DNA from: Candidatus Hydrothermarchaeota archaeon | GTDB lineage: Archaea > CAYFZR01 | NCBI GenBank assembly: GCA_046760505.1 | Contig: JBHIEG010000011.1 | Location: 1-64,000, forward strand | Length of the DNA: 64,000 nt | Direction of reading: 5' to 3' | Shown here: one piece after another, positions 30,147 through 40,206 of the stretch | Position numbering within the stretch: position 1 is the stretch's first letter | How the letters are laid out: each line of letters opens with the position of its first letter | Notes under the pieces: generated by a model | The model's input: only the letters and a program-made list of their open reading frames with translations | Told to the model about the DNA's origin: nothing | Databases searched by the model: none | Position numbers and translations under genes: made by a program

Positions 30147-31154
30147 ATGCAAAAAAAGGACGAATTTACAATATCCCACATCTTGGAGGACAAATTCAGG
30201 CGTGAGGCAAGAGAAAGACTCCGTGCGATAAAAAAGGCGTCCGTGGATGCATCAAACTACACCATAAAACTAAAAGAGATCCTAGACGAGGTAAATTTTG
30301 AGATTAATGATTTCTTGAAGGGTATCGAAAGGATTAGATTGGAAAAAAGAAAAGAATACCTTCGCCTCCTTTTTGATAAACTCATCGACATTCTTCCATG
30401 GGAAGATGTCGATATTCAGCTTGTAAATTCTGAGATAGAAAAAAAGAAGATGATGGCAGAGAAATTTTGTGATGATGAGTTGGTGTGTGAAGAACATGCT
30501 CTAGCATCAGTTGTCGCCGAATTGTATGTAGATTGTGCAAGGGAAGTTGTACAAAACGTTGAATCTCTTGAAAACAGACTATACGAACTCACACAAAATA
30601 TTGTTTCTTTTGAAGACGCAAACCCCTTACTCACTGATAGTATAAAACTGATAAACCTCTCTATTTATAAAAAGGTACTTTTAGAAACGTTCACCGATGA
30701 AGAAATTAAAGAGATATATGCTTCTATAATTGGTGTCCATTATCTCGATTCTATCTCAGAAGACTTCATTCCCCATGCCTACGATCGCATATCTAATATT
30801 ATTCTAGAGGAAGCATACATTTACATTGAAAGAGGCAAAGATCTATATGATTATACGGTTATGGATCTATTATCCTCTGCTATAATGAGAAACCACCTAG
30901 AAAAAATTGCAAGTGAGCACCTTAAACGAAGCACCATAAGACCAGCAAAAGACGTGGTAGATGAACTAATCCAGACCTACATAGATAAAATGATGCAGAT
31001 GAAGAAAGATTCCTCTATAATCCAAAAAATCTTTGTCAGAAAGCAATCAGACATCCTAAAAAGAGCCGAAAAAAGCTTTTTAAAGGAGTTAGATAACGAA
31101 ACAAAAGAACAGAGAAAAAGGTTCAAAAGATTAGAAAAAAAGAGGAAACCATAA
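30147..31154 (+). CDS. Hypothetical helical protein
   Basis: 335 aa ORF co-oriented with mptA; no motif recognised. Confidence 0.6.
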   Translation: MQKKDEFTISHILEDKFRREARERLRAIKKASVDASNYTIKLKEILDEVNFEINDFLKGIERIRLEKRKEYLRLLFDKLIDILPWEDVDIQLVNSEIEKKKMMAEKFCDDELVCEEHALASVVAELYVDCAREVVQNVESLENRLYELTQNIVSFEDANPLLTDSIKLINLSIYKKVLLETFTDEEIKEIYASIIGVHYLDSISEDFIPHAYDRISNIILEEAYIYIERGKDLYDYTVMDLLSSAIMRNHLEKIASEHLKRSTIRPAKDVVDELIQTYIDKMMQMKKDSSIIQKIFVRKQSDILKRAEKSFLKELDNETKEQRKRFKRLEKKRKP

Positions 31155-31181
31155 CATTTAAAATTACCTCAACACAAATGA

Positions 31182-31940
31182 GTGGTTTGGATGGTAAAGG
31201 TGGAGTTGAGCAAAGTTGACCAAGAGTTGGTAGAAGAATTCGCAAATTGTAATGATGTAATCAACAACATGCCTCAGTTTCTTTACGCCAGATATGAACT
31301 AGGAGATCTGAAAGAAGTTACAAAACAACTAGAAAAGGATCTCAAGCACCATCTCTCCAAGAATAGAAAATTAGAGGAAATAGATCAGATAATATCGGAT
31401 ACGGTTAAAGAAATCAAAAAAAGAAGAGAAGATTTTGGTAGATATGAAGTTGTTCCTTATTTCAGGAGAAAAGAAATAAATTTTCTCATGAAACTTCACA
31501 AACAAACTCTAGATGTGGCAATACTAACCGTATTGTGTAGAGAAGGCGTAATAAATATTCCAAAAGAAAAAGAAGAGGAAATTAAAAATAGAATATGGCT
31601 TGGTTTAGAGTTAAGGATGTATGCAATGCTTGGAGGCATTCAGATACCGGAAGAATCTACTTTTTCGGATGAGCTCATCGAAAAAATATCCAAAGAATGT
31701 GTAGAAATTTTGTACTCGAAGATCAAAGAAGAGAGAGAAAAATACCTGAGGCACATATTAAGCGTTCTTGATTTTAAACATAAGGTTTCATTGTACAATT
31801 TAGATTCAGATTTGTGGCGTTTCTTCACCGTTATAGAGGCAGTTAGATTACTTAATGTTAGCGGAGAATTTGTACACGATCTAATAGAGCTGTCTGAATT
31901 ACTTAAGAAGATGGAGGAGGTTGAGAGGGAAATCAAATAA
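31182..31940 (+). CDS. Hypothetical helical protein
   Basis: 252 aa ORF; no motif recognised. Confidence 0.6.
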   Translation: MVWMVKVELSKVDQELVEEFANCNDVINNMPQFLYARYELGDLKEVTKQLEKDLKHHLSKNRKLEEIDQIISDTVKEIKKRREDFGRYEVVPYFRRKEINFLMKLHKQTLDVAILTVLCREGVINIPKEKEEEIKNRIWLGLELRMYAMLGGIQIPEESTFSDELIEKISKECVEILYSKIKEEREKYLRHILSVLDFKHKVSLYNLDSDLWRFFTVIEAVRLLNVSGEFVHDLIELSELLKKMEEVEREIK

Positions 31941-31953
31941 ATCGGTGATCCTT

Positions 31954-33219
31954 ATGAGATCATATGAGGAAGTTCCAAAGATAAAGTTGCCGAGCGGTGT
32001 AGAACCAAAGATCAGTGATAGCACGATAAGAGATGGCTCCCAGATGCCTGGCTTGATAATGTCAAAGAAGCAAAAACTCACTATATTTGAATACCTCCAC
32101 AAGATAGGGATAGAAAAACTCGAATGTTTCCTCTACAATGAAAGAGATAGGGATGTAGCCAGAGAAATGTTGGACAGGGGTTACGAATGCCCAGAGGTAA
32201 CGGGTTGGTCTAGAGCTTCTCCTCAAGATATAGATTTAATTCTATCCATGGATGGAATCGAAGAGACCGGAATCCTGATGTCTGTATCTGATGTTCACAT
32301 ATTCGACAAGATTGGTTTCAAAAGCAAGGAGGAGGCGAGAGAAAAATATCTTAATGCATTACAGTATGCGGTGGACCACGGACTGAGAACAAGATGCCAT
32401 TTGGAGGACAACACCAGAGCGGACATAAAGAATTTTGTACTTCCTCTGGTAAAGGATATCCTAGAAATAGACAAAAACACCATCATCAGGGTATGCGACA
32501 CGGTGGGGATGGGAATACCTTTTCCAGAGTCTGATCTACCCTTTAGCATACCCAAAATCATTAAAGAATTGAAAAATATAGGCGTAAAGGAGATCGAGAC
32601 CCATATACATGACGATTTTGGACTTGGAACTCCAAATTCTCTCGCAGGTTATTGGTACGGAGCAAATTGGTCTAGTCTAACTTTTTTAGGGATAGGTGAA
32701 AGAGCAGGAAATACTGAACTTGAAAAGGTACTAATTTTCCTAGCCTTACGTGTAGAAGGTTTCGAAAAGTATGATCTATCTTCAATAACGGAATTCGCGA
32801 ATTTCATGGAGGAAGAACTCCACCTCCATGTACCAAGGAACAAAGCGGTAGTTGGAAAGAACATATTTACTCATGAAAGCGGAATTCATACGGCAGGAAT
32901 ATTGAAGAATCCATTTACCTATGAACCATTTCCACCAGAAGTTGTAGGCGGTACAAGACAATTGTTGATAGGAGACACATCCGGTACGGATGTAATCAGA
33001 CACAAGGTTGAGGAGTTATTAGGGGAAATGATGCATATAGAGGTAAAAATTGATAAGAAAGATCACAGAATCAAAGCAATCCACAGGGAGATCAATAAAC
33101 TCTACGACGAAGAGGGTAGACGCTCTTGCATCTCAGACGACGAGATGAAAGAATACATAAGAAAGTACTTCGGTGTGAGTGAAAAAATAGAGGGACCAGA
33201 GGAAAAAAATTACACCTAA
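31954..33219 (+). CDS. DRE-TIM metallolyase (homocitrate/isopropylmalate/Re-citrate synthase family)
   Basis: ISDSTIRDGSQ, CDTVG, HIHDDFG, GIGERAGN, HESGIH; start reassigned to the ATG at 31954 after a GGTGA RBS. Confidence 0.88.
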   Translation: MRSYEEVPKIKLPSGVEPKISDSTIRDGSQMPGLIMSKKQKLTIFEYLHKIGIEKLECFLYNERDRDVAREMLDRGYECPEVTGWSRASPQDIDLILSMDGIEETGILMSVSDVHIFDKIGFKSKEEAREKYLNALQYAVDHGLRTRCHLEDNTRADIKNFVLPLVKDILEIDKNTIIRVCDTVGMGIPFPESDLPFSIPKIIKELKNIGVKEIETHIHDDFGLGTPNSLAGYWYGANWSSLTFLGIGERAGNTELEKVLIFLALRVEGFEKYDLSSITEFANFMEEELHLHVPRNKAVVGKNIFTHESGIHTAGILKNPFTYEPFPPEVVGGTRQLLIGDTSGTDVIRHKVEELLGEMMHIEVKIDKKDHRIKAIHREINKLYDEEGRRSCISDDEMKEYIRKYFGVSEKIEGPEEKNYT

Positions 33220-33337
33220 ACTGTAACAAAAGACTCTTTTGAATTTATTTCTGTCAGACAACAGAATTATCCAAAAATATTTTAGTATTAGTAATCAATT
33301 AGTTTACTGTACTCTATAGTAACTTGTAGGAGATCAC

Positions 33338-35005
33338 ATGAGGATTATAACGTTTCTCTCGGGGAAAGGAGGCGTGGGCAAAACAACGGTAGCATGCAAT
33401 CTAGCTATTTCACTGGCTAAACTCAAGAAAAAGGTCATTATAATAGATGCAGACTGGGCAATGGCGAACCTAGATATATTATTTGGGCTGAAAAATACCC
33501 CATATACCCTCTTAGATGTTATAGATGGGAAAGATCTTGATTTAGCAATCTACGATGCTCCTTTTGGTGTCAAGGTAATTCCTGCAGGCTTTACACTGGA
33601 CTGGGAACGTCCATTAGGGGATGAAATAATAGATGTGATAGAAAAATTATCTGAGAGATTTGATTATATTCTAATTGATGCTCCACCTGGAAAAGATGCT
33701 TCATCAATATTCTTTAAGGGATTTGAGTTCGTCGTGGTTACAATTCCAGAAACCTCTGCCATATCTGATGCTCTAAAGACTAAGGCAGTTGCAGAAAGAT
33801 ACGGCATGCATTTTTTAGGAGTCATAGTTAATCGAGCAACAGGATCTCTTGAAGAAATATCCAAGCGAGAAATAGAATCTGCTTTTGAATCCGAGATTTT
33901 AGGCTGGATACCAGAAGAAATTCTGATGAAAAAAGCAGTTGCATTGGAAAAACCAATTACTTCTTTATTTTTGGACAGTGAAGTTAACAAAATATTTGAA
34001 AACATAGCAAAGAGGATAAACGATCAATCTCCATCCAAGATTGGAGTAATGATCGAAGAACTGAAAAAAGCAAAAGAAAAGGGTAAAAAATCCATTGAGA
34101 ATTTATATTTTAAAATAGAAGAAGGGTCTCCTAGAGATGTAAAGGAGAAAAATTTCATAGAAGATATTTCATTTAATACATTTTCATTCAATATACTAGA
34201 ACCCGAGGAAAAAACTGTTTATTATTCCATATTCGATGTAGAAAAAGAATTTTCAAGAGATATTTCTTTTAAAATTGAAGAGAAAAAAGATAAAAAACTG
34301 ATCCAATCCGTCTTTGAAGTTGAGGAATTAGAGCAAGAACCAAATCTAAAGATTATTGAAAAAGAAGACAAACATGAGATAAAAGAATTCACTCCAAAAG
34401 TTGAGGGACTGGAATTTTTGGATGAAGTTAGAAAAATAAATAGAAGAGTAGACCATCTATTCGTTAGAGAAGTTGCCATAGATCTAAAAAATCTGGTAGA
34501 ATTAATAGACAAATATAGAAAGGTGATCGGTAAGGATCGCAAAATGAGTGAGGAATACGAAGATCTACTAAAGGAGAGAGAAAAGAAACTCAAACCATAC
34601 CTGCCATTTAAAGAATTTGATTTCTATACATTTCAGAAATGGCAATCAGAAATTGAAAAAATTGAAAAAATGTCATTAAAAGATTATAGGTGGTATATGG
34701 TTTTAGGAATATTTGCATCTCTGCTCGTTGCTTTAATAGTCTTCTCAATGGATCCCTATCTTTCAGCATTGCTTTTCTTGATTTCAGCTGCTTCTCTGGG
34801 ATCCTTTCTATATTTAGATTTAAGCCGGAGCATCTCTAATAGATATAAAAGATTGAATCAAGAAATACTAGATTATCTAATAAACATAGTAAAAGAGGCG
34901 AACATAAACCCAAGTGAATTCATATTGAACCTTTCACACAAAGATTACAGAGGAGTGAAGTATGAGAAATTAAATAAAGGGTACAAAGCCACCTTGATCT
35001 TGTAG
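33338..35005 (+). CDS. MinD/ParA-family ATPase with a long C-terminal extension and two TM helices
   Basis: SGKGGVGKTT, DADWAMANLD, DAPPG, GVIVNR; TM pair WYMVLGIFASLLVALIVF / YLSALLFLISAASLGSFLYL. Confidence 0.85.
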   Translation: MRIITFLSGKGGVGKTTVACNLAISLAKLKKKVIIIDADWAMANLDILFGLKNTPYTLLDVIDGKDLDLAIYDAPFGVKVIPAGFTLDWERPLGDEIIDVIEKLSERFDYILIDAPPGKDASSIFFKGFEFVVVTIPETSAISDALKTKAVAERYGMHFLGVIVNRATGSLEEISKREIESAFESEILGWIPEEILMKKAVALEKPITSLFLDSEVNKIFENIAKRINDQSPSKIGVMIEELKKAKEKGKKSIENLYFKIEEGSPRDVKEKNFIEDISFNTFSFNILEPEEKTVYYSIFDVEKEFSRDISFKIEEKKDKKLIQSVFEVEELEQEPNLKIIEKEDKHEIKEFTPKVEGLEFLDEVRKINRRVDHLFVREVAIDLKNLVELIDKYRKVIGKDRKMSEEYEDLLKEREKKLKPYLPFKEFDFYTFQKWQSEIEKIEKMSLKDYRWYMVLGIFASLLVALIVFSMDPYLSALLFLISAASLGSFLYLDLSRSISNRYKRLNQEILDYLINIVKEANINPSEFILNLSHKDYRGVKYEKLNKGYKATLIL

Positions 35006-35058
35006 CCCTCAACTAGAATTCATACCTTTTGATTTTTAGGCTCAGACAAAGAATTCCA

Positions 35059-35436
35059 TCAATACTTAAAAATGATCCATATAAGAGGAAGTATAACTAT
35101 CATGCTCAAGAATATGTAGGCAGGATGATGAATTAATCTCTTTTCAAAGAGATTCATTTTTTCCAGCCTTTTTTCAGATTCTAATATCATTTCAGGATCT
35201 GCGTCAATCCCTTTTTTCTTCAAGTACTCCGCGCATTTCTCAGGTGTGAATTCATGTGGGTAAAGATAGATGTAATGGTATACCTCCAAATCTAATGGGG
35301 ATAGGTTTTTTGGATTGTACTCTTCAACTGTCCAGTACTCATAAAACGAGAAACCCTTTAGATACCAATCATAGATCGGATAAAAAAATAAAAAAAGAAC
35401 AATTATGATTATCGTTAATTTAAGCCTGTTTCTCAA
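35059..35436 (-). CDS. Hypothetical membrane protein
   Basis: N- and C-terminal hydrophobic helices. Confidence 0.6.
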   Translation of the reverse strand: MRNRLKLTIIIIVLFLFFYPIYDWYLKGFSFYEYWTVEEYNPKNLSPLDLEVYHYIYLYPHEFTPEKCAEYLKKKGIDADPEMILESEKRLEKMNLFEKRLIHHPAYIFLSMIVILPLIWIIFKY

Positions 35437-35445
35437 ATCCAGACC

Positions 35446-35976
35446 TCATATTTTGTATTTTTTTCTGGAAACCAGCTCTAGTTTCTTACCTTGGTTCCTT
35501 ACCTCATATATCTCTATTGTCTTTTCAGTAGTTGTATCCTCTTTTTTTAACCGATCATTTTGAAGTATGGACCAAATGAACATTTTTTTGTAATTATCCT
35601 TATTCTCTACTTTAGGTCCGTGAAGCAACTCAAGATTGGAAAATCTCACTATCGGCAGGGCTTGAACGCCGCCGTACTCAGATAGCACACCGAGAGCACT
35701 GAGATAAGAATTCACGTCTTCTACATTATCGACAGAATAGGTCATTATATTGACATAAATTCCGAGAGATTCTGCCTCTTCTTTAACCTCGGCCATCGCG
35801 GCTTTAGCAGGTTTACAAGGTTCGCAAAACTTGCTCGTAACAAATATGACATCGACGGTCTTAAGATTTAATCTCTTTAAATCTGATATCTCCACTGTTT
35901 GCCAGTCTTTTTTTTCTTCACCGGAGATACATCCAATGAAGGCCAATAGCACAATTAAAGTTAGCAATCTTCTCAA
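35446..35976 (-). CDS. Thioredoxin-fold lipoprotein
   Basis: Lipobox-like AFIGC; SKFCEPCK CxxC motif; cis-Pro-like VQALP. Confidence 0.75.
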   Translation of the reverse strand: MRRLLTLIVLLAFIGCISGEEKKDWQTVEISDLKRLNLKTVDVIFVTSKFCEPCKPAKAAMAEVKEEAESLGIYVNIMTYSVDNVEDVNSYLSALGVLSEYGGVQALPIVRFSNLELLHGPKVENKDNYKKMFIWSILQNDRLKKEDTTTEKTIEIYEVRNQGKKLELVSRKKYKI

Positions 35977-35985
35977 TAAATCACC

Positions 35986-36123
35986 TCATGCTATACCCAG
36001 ACATGATAGACAGGGTAGGCTTGCAATCGTCCTTGACCAGTAGTGCTGCTTATATATAATTCCCGCTATCATCAGGGAAACACCTATAAGCAATATAAGT
36101 AATATAATCCACCTATTTTCCAT
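35986..36123 (-). CDS. Small membrane protein with C-terminal CxxC (CD1871A-family-like)
   Basis: MENRWIILLILLIGVSLMIAGIIYKQHYWSRTIASLPCLSCLGIA; start reassigned to the ATG at 36123. Confidence 0.7.
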   Translation of the reverse strand: MENRWIILLILLIGVSLMIAGIIYKQHYWSRTIASLPCLSCLGIA

Positions 36124-36168
36124 GAAGATCCATAGATCAGAAACGATAAAAAAGTTTCCGGTGGTAAG

Positions 36169-36441
36169 ATGCTGCCAGCGATAATGATTATGCTTATATT
36201 CTCTCATTCGTCACTTGCAGATATTCAACAAGAATACTTTGATCTCGTAAAAAAGATTGATAGTGAAACAACAGAGTTAAATAATCTTGATTCAGCTGTT
36301 AAAACCACACAGGAAATAATTGAAAGCTACGAAGCTCTTAACAATTCATTAAAAACCAGAATAATTTTGTTTTCCATGTTAGACATTGGCTTAGTTGCAT
36401 CATCCATCATTTTATGGAGGAGATTCATATCTGGCTCCTAG
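36169..36441 (+). CDS. Hypothetical exported coiled-coil protein with C-terminal TM
   Basis: Signal-like N-terminus, heptad region, TM followed by RR. Confidence 0.55.
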   Translation: MLPAIMIMLIFSHSSLADIQQEYFDLVKKIDSETTELNNLDSAVKTTQEIIESYEALNNSLKTRIILFSMLDIGLVASSIILWRRFISGS

Positions 36442-36965
36442 CAATTTTGCTGATAAACGTATCCTTCTCAAATTCAGTTAATGTTACTTTGTACAATCCT
36501 AATTCCACAGTAATATACAATCCAACCGTTGAATGCGACGGTAAGAGATACTTTTTACCAAATTTAGAAGAAGGAGAGTCTTATTCTGTTTATCTTTTGC
36601 CTGAGAAGAGTTTTACCCTTAAGGTTGTTTACGAGTGGATTGAATGTAATGAGACTTATTGTCCAGTCTTGCCGAATAGAATTTCCACCTGGAAGAAACA
36701 TTATACATGGAGTGGAATTGGGTACATAGATGTTGAGAGACTTAAGAATAGAAATATCAAAAAGAAAGCTGAGTTAATTGAACTAGAAGGAAAGAAAGAA
36801 ATATTGAAAACTGAGTTAAAGACGTTAAACGAATATAAAAGAAATTTAAAAAAATACTATGAAAAACTCGCTTACTTGGAAAGGATGATTAGATATGCAT
36901 CTATTGGATTGGCAGGGGTTTTCGTATGCCTAATTTTATATACAGCAACAAGGTTCATCTTTTAA
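36414..36965 (+). CDS. Hypothetical exported protein with C-terminal TM
   Basis: Signal peptide, Cys-containing beta domain, coiled coil, TM. Confidence 0.6.
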   Translation: MEEIHIWLLAILLINVSFSNSVNVTLYNPNSTVIYNPTVECDGKRYFLPNLEEGESYSVYLLPEKSFTLKVVYEWIECNETYCPVLPNRISTWKKHYTWSGIGYIDVERLKNRNIKKKAELIELEGKKEILKTELKTLNEYKRNLKKYYEKLAYLERMIRYASIGLAGVFVCLILYTATRFIF

Positions 36966-37687
36966 TTCTTTTTTCTTTAATTTTTTGTTCAATAATACCT
37001 GTTTCTTCTTTTGAGGTTGAAATTTATACAGATAAAAAAAGTTATGAGCCAAATGAGGTTATAACAGTGTTTATAACAACAAAGGATAATGGCATGCCAT
37101 TTGATGTGTCTTTTGTAAATGTAACCGTAGAATCTCCATACGGAGTTATTGAGGTCAAACATCGAAGCACGAGATACGTTGGATGTATTGTAAGAACCTT
37201 TCGCCCATCGAAAAAAGGACTTTACACCATAAATGCGGAATTCAAAGAACTATCTGTATCCAGAAACATAGTCGTATCCAGTAGAGATACCTTCTTTGAT
37301 GATCTAAAAAAATTAAAAAAGCCGGTTGAAATCATCATTTTTTCCAGAGAAAAATGTGCTGAGTGTCCTCTGGCAAATAAGATTGTTGAAAATGCCAAAA
37401 TAATCAACTCTGAAAAAATAAATGTACGCGGTCTTGACATAGATATGTCAAAAGAAGCAGTTGAACTCGGAATATCTACTTCGCCCACTGTTCTCATAAA
37501 CAGAGAAAAGAAGATCGTCGGATGGCATGGTTACAAGGAATTCAGGGAAGAATTAAGGCAAAAGATCTTGGAGGAGGGAGGAATAGAAAAGGGAAAGAAA
37601 CCTGTTTTTTTATTGATGATACCTGTTTTTCTAGCCGGATTTGTTATTCTCTTGCTTTTCCTTGCATCTTTATTAAAGAAAGGATGA
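36926..37687 (+). CDS. Exported Ig-like plus thioredoxin domain protein with C-terminal TM
   Basis: IYTDKKSYEPNE..VTVESPYG (MG2/Ig-like); EKCAECP and ISTSPTVLIN (thioredoxin); C-terminal TM. Confidence 0.75.
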   Translation: MPNFIYSNKVHLLILFSLIFCSIIPVSSFEVEIYTDKKSYEPNEVITVFITTKDNGMPFDVSFVNVTVESPYGVIEVKHRSTRYVGCIVRTFRPSKKGLYTINAEFKELSVSRNIVVSSRDTFFDDLKKLKKPVEIIIFSREKCAECPLANKIVENAKIINSEKINVRGLDIDMSKEAVELGISTSPTVLINREKKIVGWHGYKEFREELRQKILEEGGIEKGKKPVFLLMIPVFLAGFVILLLFLASLLKKG

Positions 37688-37695
37688 ACTAAAAA

Positions 37696-39228
37696 TTAAC
37701 TTATTAACTCCCCCGCTTCTTCAAATTTTATCTCTTCCTTCAAAAGGTTTCTCAAAATATCTTTCAACTCATTTGCCTTCACTCTAATTTGTTTCATTGT
37801 ATCTCTATCTCTTATGGTCACTGTATCATCTCTCAAGGTTTGATAATCAACTGTTACGCAGAAAGGACAGCCTATTTCGTCTGCTCTTGCATATCTCCTT
37901 CCAATCGATCCTCTATCATCATACAATACATCAAACCCACTAATTTTCAGTTCCTTGTATATTTCCCATGCACGCGTATCTAATCCATTTCTTTTCATGA
38001 GAGGATATACCTCTACCTCTATTGGTGCTATTATTCTAGGAAATTGGAACCAGCTCCAGTCCCTGTCGTAGCCCTTGTCCCTGAAGCAATGTTCAAGCAC
38101 ACAGTATATACTCCTCTCCACGCCAAAAGAGGGTTCCACAACGTGGGCTATTAGTTTTTTACCGTTGTCCTCAATGCTGAGGTCTACGCCGCTATGCTTT
38201 CCGTGATTGCCTAAATCGTAGTCTCTCCGGTAGGCGTTGCCCACTATCTCTATAACCCCTCCTTCCAACTCCACTTCAAGATCCCAGTTTCCTCCACTGT
38301 AATGAGGAGTTTCTTCGGGTAGCATATGCCTGAATCTAAATTTTTCCCATGGTATACCAATTTTTGTGTAGAATATTGTCTCTAGTGCGAGATAATAAGC
38401 CATGAATTTGTTCGGCAATATTCTTTTTTCAAATGCTTCCTTTGCGGTTATCTCCAATATTTTCGGGTCATCTTTCTTCTGCTCTTCTCTTGTCAAAAGT
38501 CTTAATTTTACATTTTCTTTATCCTTAAAGCCTGGATGCTCATTAATCTTATCTGGGTTTACGAACATCTCTATTTCCATCTGTGCAAACTCTCTCAGTC
38601 TAATAAGACCTTTTCTTGGGGAGACTTCGTTTCTCATGGATTTTCCTACCTGCGCTATACCAAATGGAAGTTTTTGACGCATGGAAGTAGCAGTTCTCTT
38701 GAAGTCTAGGAACATTATCTGGGCTGTTTCAGGTCTCATGTATGCTACGCTTCCCTTGCTGCCTACCTTCGTCCCCAGCATTAAATTAAAGACCTTTACA
38801 TCTCCCAATTCTCCACCGCAACTTGGACAGTTTATGGAGTTATCCCTAATTATCTGTGTTAACTCTTCTTCACTTAATCCCTCCACAAATTGCCCAGTTT
38901 CCTCTTCTATAAGGTGGTCCGCTCTGACTTCTTCCTTACATTCCTTACACTCGACTACAGGATCTACGAAATGATCTACATGCCCAGACGCCTTTAAAAC
39001 TGGAAATGGCAGTACTATTGCTCCATCTACCATGAATACCGGAGGCTCAATTTCGCTTTTTACGAACATATCTGTCCATAGTTTGACGATTTTATCTTTG
39101 AGGAGAGAACCTATGGGTCCAAAGTCATATACACCAGCGAATCCACCGTATATTTCAGCCGTAGGAAAGACAAAACCCCTTCTGATTGAAACTTCCATAA
39201 CCTTATCCAGTTTTGTTCTTTTAGCCAT
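37696..39228 (-). CDS. glyS: Glycine--tRNA ligase (alpha2 type)
   Basis: RRGF..EIYGG..YDFGP, MRPETAQ, GKSMRNEVSPRKGLIRLREF, VEPSFGVER, SIGRRYARADEIG. Confidence 0.96.
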   Translation of the reverse strand: MAKRTKLDKVMEVSIRRGFVFPTAEIYGGFAGVYDFGPIGSLLKDKIVKLWTDMFVKSEIEPPVFMVDGAIVLPFPVLKASGHVDHFVDPVVECKECKEEVRADHLIEEETGQFVEGLSEEELTQIIRDNSINCPSCGGELGDVKVFNLMLGTKVGSKGSVAYMRPETAQIMFLDFKRTATSMRQKLPFGIAQVGKSMRNEVSPRKGLIRLREFAQMEIEMFVNPDKINEHPGFKDKENVKLRLLTREEQKKDDPKILEITAKEAFEKRILPNKFMAYYLALETIFYTKIGIPWEKFRFRHMLPEETPHYSGGNWDLEVELEGGVIEIVGNAYRRDYDLGNHGKHSGVDLSIEDNGKKLIAHVVEPSFGVERSIYCVLEHCFRDKGYDRDWSWFQFPRIIAPIEVEVYPLMKRNGLDTRAWEIYKELKISGFDVLYDDRGSIGRRYARADEIGCPFCVTVDYQTLRDDTVTIRDRDTMKQIRVKANELKDILRNLLKEEIKFEEAGELIS

Positions 39229-39233
39229 TTAAA

Positions 39234-40088
39234 TCACTCCGAATAATCTAAAAATATTCTTACCAAGTCTGTATCTTTAACTACTCCCTCTATTCTTCCT
39301 TCAGCATCTATTACCGGTAGGATATCGATTTTTGACTTTTTCATTCTCCTAGCGCACTCCTGAATCGGAGTCTTCTTTGTTACCTTCAAAACTTCTTTGT
39401 TGGTTATGTTTTCAACAACCAAATCAGGCATCTTGAATTTTTCTTTTACCACGTAGTGTTTGTCTTTACTGTCAATCCTCTCCCAGGTCCATATATCGCC
39501 ATCAGATATGGTAGATAAATTCACAATGGTGTCCTCAGATTCTTCCTCTAAAACAGATACGAAATCTTTTTCTGAGACAACTCCCATGTATCTTCCATCG
39601 TTTTCGACGGCGACAAGGCTTCTCTCGCCTGAGAGCCTTAAAATCTCTAATGCAACAGAAAGAGGAGTTTTGGACCATACGAGGGTGCATTTTCTTGTCA
39701 TGATGTTCTCTGCCGTCTTTTTTATTCCTGTTTTTGGAATTACCTTGGTAACAATATCGTGGACCGATACCAGTCCGACTAAACTTTCACCATCTACAAC
39801 AGGGAGTCTCCTGAATCCTCTTTCCACCATGATTTTCGCTGCTTCTTTAATATCATCATGTGGAGATACGGTTACCGGATCTCTCACCATTACTAAAGCT
39901 AGTTGTTCTTCCTCTGGATTTCTGGCGAGGTCAGACCTTGTAACTATTCCCACAAGCCTATCCGTACCCTCTTTTACAACTGGAAGAGAAGATAAATTGT
40001 GTTTTTTCATTATCTCAATGGCTTCTATTGTGTTACTCGGTACCTTGACGGTTGTGGGGTTGGTAATCATTATCTCCTTTACAAGCAT
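39234..40088 (-). CDS. Four-CBS-domain protein
   Basis: Repeated LPVV..LVGIVT CBS motifs. Confidence 0.9.
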   Translation of the reverse strand: MLVKEIMITNPTTVKVPSNTIEAIEIMKKHNLSSLPVVKEGTDRLVGIVTRSDLARNPEEEQLALVMVRDPVTVSPHDDIKEAAKIMVERGFRRLPVVDGESLVGLVSVHDIVTKVIPKTGIKKTAENIMTRKCTLVWSKTPLSVALEILRLSGERSLVAVENDGRYMGVVSEKDFVSVLEEESEDTIVNLSTISDGDIWTWERIDSKDKHYVVKEKFKMPDLVVENITNKEVLKVTKKTPIQECARRMKKSKIDILPVIDAEGRIEGVVKDTDLVRIFLDYSE

Positions 40089-40206
40089 CCGGAGTCACCA
40101 ACTTCGTGCCTCATTTTTAATTTTCGTCATCATATATAAACTATGCTTGGTATATGGTTGGTACAATAGCATACGAGGTGTCATGCCGTTTTTTTACCGT
40201 GAAGAA

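Noticed and set aside
40090-40135. Possible C/D box sRNA (minus-strand ATGATGA)
   Set aside because: No convincing CTGA D box; the region is better explained as the TATA box, leader and RBS of the CBS gene.
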